A stretch of DNA of 64,000 bases from the human T2T-CHM13v2.0 reference genome, Homo sapiens, in the NCBI RefSeq assembly GCF_009914755.1, contig NC_060927.1; one strand, given 5' to 3'. The position numbers and the translations under genes are program-made. The notes under the pieces are model-generated. The model had not been told where the DNA came from, did no database searches, and was given only the letters and a program-made list of their open reading frames with translations. Below are positions 54,108 to 64,000 of this stretch, in pieces (position 1 is the stretch's first letter; every line of letters starts with the position of its first letter).

Positions 54108-54590
54108 ATGTATTAGCTTCGTATTGGTGCGGTAACAAATTGCTAGGAACTTGTTGGTTTAAAACGACACGAATTAATTTTCTTACAGTTCTGGAGACTA
54201 GAAGTCCAAAGTGAGTCTTATTTGGCTAAAATCAAGGTGTTGGCAGGGCCAGTTCTTTCTGGAGGCTCTGGGGGAGAATCCATTTCCTTGCCACCTCTAT
54301 CCTTTAGAGGCCACCTGCATTCCTTGGCTCATGGTCTCTACCTCCATCTTCAAAGCCACCAGTGCAGCATCTTCTCTCTCACTGACTCTGATTCCCTCTG
54401 TTTCAGTCATCACATGGCCGCCTTCTTGCTTCCCTCTTAAAAGGATACTTGTGATTACATCGGGCCCATCAGATGATCTAGGATAATCTCCCCATTTCAA
54501 GACCCTTAATTTAATCACACCGTCCGAATCCCTCTAACCACATAAGGTAACTTGTTCACAGGTTTGGGGATTAGGACATGGATATCTTAA
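54108..54590 (-). mobile_element. MLT1 LTR
   Basis: TGTATTAG...TCTTACAGTTCTGGAG...CCTTAATTTAATCACA...GATTAGGACATGGATATC. Confidence 0.8.
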
Positions 54591-54605
54591 CGGCTGAGCA
54601 GTATC

Positions 54606-55330
54606 CAGTAGTACCCTTGGTTTCACTTTCCACAGTTTCAGTTACCCAAGGTTACCTGCAGTCTGAAAATATTAAATGGAAAATTCCAGAAATACACAAT
54701 TTATGTTTTCATTTGTGTGTTGTACTGAGTAGTGTGATGAATCTTGTGGCATCTCGCTCTGTCCTACCTGGGACATGAGTCATCCCTTTGTCCAGTATAT
54801 TCACACTGCAGATGCTCTCTGCCCATTAGTAACTTAGTAGCTGTCTCAGTTATCAGATGGCTATTGGAGTACTGCATTGCCCATGTTCAAGTAAACCTTA
54901 TTTTACTTCATCATGGCCCAAAGTGCAAGAGTAGTGATCCTGCAATTGGAGTGTGACAAAGAGACGCTGAAAGTGCTTCATTTAAGTGAGAAGATGAAAG
55001 TTTCTCTACTTAAGAAAAAAAAATCGTAGGCTGGGGTTGCTAAGATCTGCAGTAAGAATGAATCTGCTATCTGTGAAATTGTCTTCTGAAGAAAGAGAAA
55101 TTCATGCTAGTTTTGCTGCTGCACCTCAAACTGTGGCAAAAGTTACAGCCAAAGTGTGTGATAAGTGCTTCATTAAGATGGAAAAGGCATTCAATTTGTG
55201 GGTGGAAGACATGAACTTCTAGAAATGTGTTCTGATTTATGGCAATGGGATTTGGTACTGTCCAAGGTTTCAGGCATCCGCTGGGGGGCTTGGAACGTAT
55301 CTTCCAAGGATAAGGGGTAGGGACTGCTGT
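54606..55330. mobile_element. MER44 (Tigger7-derived) DNA element
   Basis: Termini CAGTAGTACCC and GGGACTGCTG; CTGAAAATATTAAATGGAAAATTCCAGAAATA; transposase N-terminal remnant in ORF 55037. Confidence 0.8.
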
Positions 55331-58300
55331 ATTATATTATGAACACCTTTCCTTTCCTGGGCACCTTTCTGTTTCTCTCTAGTTAGTAATCATCTTTTTT
55401 GTTTCCTTAGTTTTTTTCATGTACTTATCACAAGCCAACTTCCTCTTAATAGACTCAAGCACACATCAATTTCTTTCTTTGGAAACCCCCTGCCCAGAGC
55501 CTTTTGACCTGCTCCTTCTGAGCTGGTCGCTTTCTTGGTCGGTGCACAGCCGTTGGCTTAGGATCCTCCTTTCCCAGCATCCCACGAGTCTCTTTGCCTC
55601 TCTTGTTTTGCATCTTTGTTTCCTGCATCCCATGTCTTCCTCTTTCTTGGCTTACCTCCTGGTTTTAGTGGAGTAATTTAACCAATAGCTTGTTAAAAGT
55701 GACTACAGGAGGGGTAAACCATGTTGAAATGTTATATGCCTGAAATTGCCTTCATTCTACCCTCATATTTGATTGATAGTTTGGCTTGAGTATAGAATTA
55801 AAAGAAATAATTTTCTGTCAGATTTTGAAGGCTTTGCTCAATGGTGCTCTAGCCTCGGGTATTGTAGTAAAGAAGTCCACAGCCATTCTGATTCTTGATT
55901 ACTTGGTATAAAACTTGTTTTATTTTTTTCTCCCTTTCTCTCTGGAAACTTGGAGGATATTTTCCCCAGTGTTCTGAAGCTTTACAATGATGTGCCTTGG
56001 TTTGTCTTAACCTGGTTTTCTAATAACAGAGCCCGAGGCTGGAGGCTTATGTGCTGTTATTTGGGAGTACAATCTCAGGAAACACCCAAAGAGAAGCAGG
56101 GAAACAGGAGAGATGATATGGCGATGTATTATCAAGCTGGCTGCTGCTACAGGCAATTGATTGTGTGATCCTATGGACCTATCCAAGAAGCTGCATAAAT
56201 TGAATTCAGGACCACTTGAATTTACCCACTGTCTTCAGTCTCCCAATGATCAAAGCTTTGCTCCACTCGACATAAGTTTCCCTATACTTCCGGGTTGTGT
56301 ACCCCTCAGTATCACACACCTGATAGTCATAGGAGAGCAGGTGAGAGGCACAGCACTGCCAAGTGGTGAAGCTCAGGATAGGTGGCCCCAAGCAGCCATT
56401 GCTATTGAAGCTTTTGCTTTTAATGGCTGCAGCAACAAACTGTCTCCATGACCATGGAAACAGGACATACTGTTGCTAGTGGGTGATCTCATCAAAATAC
56501 AAGTGTGTGGGGCAATTGCAAATATCTGAATTCCATACCACTAAGGTCTCACTTTTTAGCCATTGTGTTGGATACTTGGGGGGCCCTTGCAATATTTCAA
56601 TGTTCAGCATGTAAATGTTCTCTTAAAACTCCTGTTTTCAGTATAGTCCCCACTGCCCTCAACTGTCCCAGGTGTCTCCCAGCATGTAGCTTCCCTAGCT
56701 TTCTCTCTCCATAGAACAAACTTTCAGTCTTCTGCTGGGTGCAGGAGGGGCAGCTGCCTGACTTCACAGTATGGAGATCTGGGTGTCTAGCTTCTTCTTA
56801 AGTCGACTTTCAGCCAATCCTTTTGTTTTTTATCCTATCAGCACCAGTCCTTTACCTGTTGGGGGCTCCCTTGGTGTAAATCATGTTGAGTTTTGACCTG
56901 CCTTCTAGTTTAGGATTCAGCTTTCATGAGTCTGCTCAGGCCATTGCTACTCATTCACCTGCTTTCCAGCTTCCTGAATTTTGCTTTTATGGTTGACTGC
57001 TTTCCTGTTCTCTTTATCCTTAGAGGTTTGTTCTTTAAAAATAAGAACACTTTACTGTTATTTTCATATTTCAGGAGGAAAGAAAGAGAATAGCAGGTGC
57101 TTAGTCTACCATTTTTAGCTGAACAACAGCATTACTTTTCTAAATCAAATTGTCTGGCTCCAAGCCTGTCCTCACCTAGGTGACCTGATATCAGTCAGAC
57201 AGCCCAGCTCAATTTACCTTTAGGAGCCTTGGTTGGCTTTTAAAGCAAAGGCCTTTTTATTCTATCCTGGGGCAGGAAGAGGATGGCTTCCAGCTCTCCG
57301 GGTTTGCTTGCTTGCTTGCTTGCTTGGAGAAGAAAGGCAGGTGGAGAAACAACTCTTATTCTTTTAGGCTTCTATAATAGCAGGGTCAAAACTCCGGCTA
57401 ATAAACTGATGGAGTTAGCTAGACCTGGGTTTGAGTCTAACTCTGCCACTTAGCTATGAGGCTGTAAGAAACTGACATAAGCTGTCTATGCCTCAGTTTC
57501 CTCAGCTTCCCAATGTGAGGAATGATACCTCCCTTCCAGGGAGGTTGCAGGAAGTAGAGGAACTGTCTTATCAGGTACCTGGCACAGGGTCTGGCATGGG
57601 AGATGCTCAACAATGCTGGCTACAGTTGGTGTTCTGGAGTCTCTCGAGGGAGGACCTCCACGCCTCCATGGTGCCACGTGCACCCCCAGACGTGGCTGCC
57701 TGCCTCCTTCCTAGTCCTCTGAAGCCGGAGGTCACCTGGCTGGAAGGAGCTCTATGCCCACGGTTGTCAGGAAATGCCTCATGAGCATCCCCACTGCAAG
57801 GCCTCTTTATTTCCCATTCAGTGTACAGGCTTCCTATCTGATAGACTCACTGAAGGAAAAAGGAAAGATTTAATTTTTCCATCTCAGATTTCAACTATAG
57901 CTTTGTTTTAACCTTCTCAAGTGCCAGTCTTCTAAGAGGTATTTTGTGTCTGAGCCCTGCTTTCCTGCTGCCAGGCATCTGCCCAGGAATGCTTTCGCCC
58001 TCACCAGGACTCTACAGGTGTGTACAGAGCAGCCATGCTTTAGAAGTCAACTGCACTTAGGAGCAGCAGAGCAGGGAGTCAGAGGTCACTCTTTTGGTCA
58101 CTTGAGCAAGTGGTGGCTCTGAGGAGGCACGTTGGTATCAGTCCCTGAAACCTCTTCACACGCTTTCCTCTCAGTTATGGTTTGCCAGTGTTCAGAATGC
58201 TGTGACTGTAACTGTTACCAGCCCATCCACAGATGGAGAGAGTGCGGCATGGGGCAGTAACTTAAAGGAGGTGCTGGAGTTCCCAAGTACCTTGGAGATT

Positions 58301-60425
58301 TAATAATCATGAGATTTAATGATAATGCTAAGTAATAACTATAAAAATGTATGCAAGGCTCTGTTCTCAGCACTTTATATACATTAAAATATGTTGAATC
58401 CTCACAGCAACTCTTTGAGGGAGGAACCATTTTCATACTCATTTTTCAGATGCAGAAATTGATGTGAAGATATATGCTTATTAGGGCAAAGCTGGGGGGT
58501 TGGACCTAGAGAGTCCAGCTCCTGTGTATCCTTCAGCGCATCCTTCTAGATGTTGCCTTTCTGAAGTGAGTGTAAGTATTTGTTGAAAGATAACACAACT
58601 CATCATCTCCCATGTCTCAGCTGGTATCAGGAACCCCAGCCAATGTAATGAAGAGACGGATCCAGGTATTTCTCAGGTCTTTAAAATCCTTCTGCTAGCA
58701 CTGCTTCCCCCAGGTTATCTGGGCGCATTGAAAATGCTTCTGGATAAACCCCTGATGGCCTGAGCTAATTCTTTCCCCCATGTGCCCTGAAGTCCCCAGG
58801 GCCAGAACTGGCTCCTGTGTGCTGGGAAGGGCTTGGTCTCTGCAGGCTGGAGGCCAGAGTTGGAATCTCAGCTCTTCTACTTAGATGGTGTGTCACCTTG
58901 AGCAAATTTTGAAGTCTCTTTTTCGAGTTCCTCAGCCATAAAATGGTATGATATTTCCTTCCTACCTGTTAGAGTCATTGTGAGAATATCTGGAGGCAAC
59001 ATCCTTCTAGCCATAACAGTGAAAAACATGTAACAAACTCATGGTGTCATCAGATGTTGGTGGAGACCTCAGGTGGTGGCACCCAGAACTGCTGTCCAGC
59101 ATTCCATGCTTCACCAGCCCTGTCCCACAAGTTTGGAAAGATAAGTGGCCTGAACGTAGGCAAGGCTAGATTTGCCAGAATTGGCATGAGGGAAATTATT
59201 ATATCATTACCTTTTCACTTGAGACAGTGAGTTGCTGGGGGGCAGGGGCCAAGCCTTCTTCGCACTGGTGTCCTTATTTCTTGGTCCAGTGCTTGGCATT
59301 AGGGGAGGTCAGAATAGAAGGATAAAATTGTAATGCAGCACAATTTTTCTGGGGAGCAACCTCACCCCTACACTGTTCCTTTGGAGGAAGCTGCCTCCTG
59401 CCCCAGGGTGCTCTGGATTCCCACACTGGTTCCCTGAGGGTCTCCAAAGTACGTGCCTAACATCATATGCCTTTCCCAGTATCCTTCACACCCTGTTGTC
59501 TACCAGTCACATGTTGGGTTCCAGGCCGTTATATATAGCAACTCAGTACCTACAATAACAGAAACCACTCTGGTGAAGGAGGGAGTCTGAAAAGGTGAAC
59601 TCGTACTCAGATATTACCCAGCCAGAGCCTTCTTCCTGCTAGGCCATACTCTTCAGTAGAACCCTAATGCTTTCAGGGCTTCTCAAGAAAGCCTAGTTCT
59701 TGAGGCTTTCTCAAATCCCCGAATTTGAGAAACACCATTATAGCATTTTATATTCTCCCATGAAATACAGTAGAGTGGGCTGCAAGAGTTAAATTTTCAA
59801 TTTCTATCACTGTCCTTGAAAAATAATTTTTACCTTGGCTGAGGCCTTTGCTGAAACGATTTTTTGAATTGCTTTTCGTATTTCATGAGGGTGGAGAATT
59901 CATTTGGATTATAGATTTCTGCCATCTCTAAGTTTGACATTCCTTTCTTTCTTGCTTTAAAAGCTAATATTTTCTAGGTCTTGTCTCCCTGTGTACCACT
60001 TCCTCCCCACACCCATCCCAACTGAGAACCATCATTTTCTAAGGCTTCTTTTGGTTTTCATTCCTTCCCCAGCACTAGCTATTGCCATTTGTTCTCCAAG
60101 GAAGTTTCCATCACATAATAAGATTACAATATCCCTGATGTTATGCTATGGAAGCTAAGCAGCAGAACCTGGGCAGACAGCCATGGACACATGGATGGCT
60201 CCTCCTACCATATTTGCTTGAAGTAAATGAGATTCAGATCTGAGCCTCAGAGGAATTTCAAATTGCACCCTGCCATGGACCTTTAGCCTCTTACCTTCCC
60301 CAACTCCCCCCTCTCCACCCACCAACAAATCCATTAAGGTAAAATATCTATAGTGTTTTTAACTGTTCAAAATAGTTTTCTTCAAATGTGCCAAGAGGGC
60401 ATTTGCTTAGGCAGATTAAGAAATG

Positions 60426-60800
<375 letters not shown>

Positions 60801-60860
60801 TCATTTACAAGGCAGGGCTGGCTTCTAGGATTTAGCACACACTGAATTGCAGCAAGTCAA

Positions 60861-63800
60861 GGCTGTGTGAAGCCATGGGAAATGGCTGTGTGAAGTCACA
60901 GAAAGGGACAATGTGAAGTCACAGGAAGAAGCAGAGTGAAGTCACAGGAAGGAGCAGTGTGAAACAATAGGAAGGGGCTGGAAGATGTCATAAGAAGAAA
61001 TTATGTGAAGTCACAGGAAGGGGCTGTGTGGAGCCAGAGAAAGGGGCTACGTGACATCACAGGAAGGAACTGTGTGAAGCCAAGGGAAGGGGCTGTGTGA
61101 AGTCACAGGAGGAGGCTGTGTGAAGCCACAGGGTCAGTATGAAGCCACAGGAAGAGGCAGTGTGACGTTAGGAAGGGGCTGTGTGAAGCCAAGGAAGGGG
61201 CTGTGTGAAGTCATAGGAAGGGGTAGTGTGAAGCCAGATAAAAGGGCAGTGTGAAGTCACAGGAAGCGGCAGTGTGAAGCCAAAGGAAGGAGCAGTGTGA
61301 AGCCAAATAAAGGGGCTGTGTGAAGTAACAGGGACAGTGTGAAGCCAAAGGAAGGGGCAATGTGAGGCCAAAGGAAGGGACAGTGTTGAGCCATAGGCAG
61401 GGGCTGTGTGAAGCCACAGGAAGGGGAATGGGAAGTCACAGGAAGGAGCAGTGGGAAGTCACAAAAAGGGACTGTGGAAAGTCACAGGAAGGGGCAGAGG
61501 GAAGTCACAGGAAGAGGCTGTGGGAAGCCATAGAAAGGGGCTGTTTGAAGCCACTGGAAGGGGCTTCTGAGGTCACAGGAAGGGGCAGTGTGAGGTCACA
61601 GGAAGGGGCTGTGTGAAGCCACTGGAAGTAGCTGTGTGAAGCCACTGGAAGGGGCAGTGTGAAGCCACTGAATGGGACAGTGTGAAGCCACAGGAAGGGG
61701 CTGTGTGATGTCACAAGTAGGGGCAGGGTGAACTTACAGGAAGTGGCTCTGTTAAGCCACAGGAAGGGGCAGTGTGAAGCCACAGGAAGGCACAGTGTGA
61801 AGTCACATGAAAGGGGCTGTGTGAAGTCACAGGAAGGGAAGTGGAAAGTCACATGAAGGGGCTATGTGAAGTCACAGGGAAGGGCAGTGTGGAGCCACAG
61901 GCAGTGTGAGGCCACAGGAAGGAGCTGTGTGAAGTCACAGGAAGGGAAGTGGAAAGTCACATGAAGGGGATATGTGAAGTCACAGGGAAGGGCAGTGTGG
62001 AGCCACAGGCAGTGTGAGGCCACAGGAAGGAGCTGTGTGAAGTCACAGGAAGGGAAGTGGAAAGTCACATGAAGGGGCTATGTGAAGTCACAGGGAAGGG
62101 CAGTGTGGAGCCACAGGCAGTGTGAGGCCACAGGAAGGAGCTGTGTGTAGCCACAGGAAGGGGCAGTGTGAAGTCACAGGAAGGGGCAATGGGGTCACAG
62201 GAAGGGGCTATGTGAAGTCAGAGAAAGGGGGGTTGTGTGAGGCCACAGGAAGAAGCAGTGTGAAGCCACAGGAAGGGGCTGTGTGAATCACAGGAAGAGG
62301 CAGTGTGAAGTTACAGAAGGGGCTTTGTGAAGCCACAGGAAGGGGCATGGGAAATCACGGGAATGAGCTGTGGGAAGTCACAGGGAGGGGCAGAGGGAAG
62401 TCACAGGAAGGGGCAGTGGAAAGTCACAAGAAGGAGTGTGTGAAGCCACTGAAAGGGGCAGTGTGAAGTCACAGGAAGGGGCAGTATGAGGTCACAGGAA
62501 GGGGCTGTGTGAAGTCACTGGAAGGGGCAGTGAGAAGTCACAGGGAGTGGCTGTGGGAAGTCACAGGAAGAGGCAATGTGAAGCCACAGGAATGGGCAGT
62601 GTGAAATCGCAGGTAGAGGCTCTGTGAATCCACAGGAAGGGGCAGTGAGAAGTCACAGAGGCAGTGTGAAGTCAAAGGAAGGGGCCGTGTGAAACCACAG
62701 CAAGGGGTGCTGTGAAGTCACAGGAAGGGGCAGTGTGAGGCCACAGGAATGGGCAGTAGGAAGTTACAAGAAGGTGCAGTGGGAAGTAACAGCAAGGGGC
62801 TGTGTCAAGTCACAGGAAGGGGCTGTGTGAAGCCACAGGAAGAGGCAGTGGGTAGTCACAGGAACAGGCATTGTGAAGCCACAGGGAGGGGTATTGTGAA
62901 GCCAAAGAAGTGGCAGTGTGAAGCAACAGGAAGGGACAGTGGGAAGTCACAGAAAGGGGCAGTGTGAGGCCACCAGAATGTGCAGTGGGAAGTTACAGGA
63001 AGGTGCTGTGTGAAGTCACAGGAAGGGGCTGTGGGAAGTCACAGGACAGGGTAGTGTGATATCACAGGAAGGAACTGGGTAAAGCCACTGGATGGGGCTA
63101 CGTGAAGTCACAGGAAGTGGCTGTATGAACTCACACAAAGGGGCTAGGTGAGGTCAGAGGAAGTGGCAGTGTGAGTTCACAGGCAGGGGCTTTGTGAAAC
63201 CACAGGAAGGGGCAGTGGGAAGTCACAAGAAGTGGCTGTTGGAAGTCACAGGAAGAGGCAGTGTGAAGTCACAGGAAGGGTAATGTGAAGCCACAGGAAG
63301 GGGCTGTGTGAAGCCACAGAATGGGGCTTTGAAAAGCGGCAGGAAGGGGTAGTGTGAAGTCACAGGAAGAGGTGGTGTGATGCCACAGGAAGGGACTGTG
63401 TGAAGCCACAGGAAGGGGCAGTAGGAAGTCACAGGAAGGGGCTGTGTGAAGCCACAGGAAGGGGGAGTGTTAAACCACAGGAAGGCACAGTGTGAAGTCA
63501 CAGGAAGGGGCTGTGTGAAGTCACAGGTAGGGACAGGGGGTAGTCACAGGAAGGTGCTGTGTGAAGCCACAGGCAGGGTCAGTGAGAAGTCACGGGAAGA
63601 AGGAGTGTGAAGTCATGGGAAGGGGCTGTCTGAAGTCACAGGAAGAGGCAGTGGGATGTCAAAGGAAGGGATGGTGTGAAGTCAGAGGAAGAAGCTGTGT
63701 GAAGTCACAGGAAAGGCCAGTGTGAAGCCACAAGAAGGGGCAGTCTGAAGCCACAGAAGGGGCAGTGTGACGTCACAGGAAGAGGCAGTGTGAAGCCACA

Positions 63801-64000
63801 GGGAGGGTAGTGTGAAGCCAAAAGGAGGGGCATTGTGCAGCCACAGGAAGGGGCATTGGGAAGTCACAGGAAGTGGCTGTGGGAAGTTGCAGGAAGGGGC
63901 TGCAGGGAGTCACAGGAAGTGGCTTTGTGAAGTCGCAGTATGGGACAGTGGGAAGTCAGAATGAGTGGCTATGGGAAGTCACAAGAAGTGGCCATGTGAA
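60861..64000. repeat. Large minisatellite, 23-bp consensus GTGTGAAG(T/C)CACAGGAAGGGGC(A/T), roughly 135-140 degenerate copies, open at the window end
   Basis: Head-to-tail repetition seen directly over 3140 bp; strongly purine-rich on the + strand; very few CpGs. Confidence 0.98.

Noticed and set aside
60861-64000. Terminal array as a CRISPR array, bacterial CRP sites or a repetitive protein gene
   Set aside because: Units are head-to-tail with no unique spacers and no cas genes. The TGTGA/TCACA spacing is 2 nt rather than CRP's 6, and the DNA is primate. The 23-bp period is not a multiple of 3 and stops are frequent.

Overview
Primate, almost certainly human, non-coding genomic DNA: it carries an AluYb8, a subfamily essentially restricted to humans. 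No multi-exon protein-coding sequence, RNA gene or CRISPR array can be supported. Most ORFs in the track come from Alu, THE1, Tigger1, hAT or tandem-repeat sequence. Positions 1-27.2 kb are densely nested old repeats: minus-strand L1M, Alus, MaLR LTRs, a near-full-length Tigger1, a hAT-Blackjack transposase fossil and a complete THE1 provirus. A CpG island at ~28.85-29.6 kb looks like a promoter or first exon of a gene I cannot identify. Intron-like sequence follows, with solo ERV LTRs and MER elements. The window ends in a >3.1 kb, 23-bp-unit minisatellite that runs off the edge. The most notable observations are the minisatellite (palindrome plus ETS-core unit, with a 108-bp higher-order triplication), a THE1 with discordant LTRs, a probable Alu gene-conversion product, and several templated-insertion or fold-back repair scars including a 64-bp palindrome. 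I found no evidence for a new protein-coding system. Repeat family names come from recalled consensus sequences and need Dfam/RepeatMasker confirmation.
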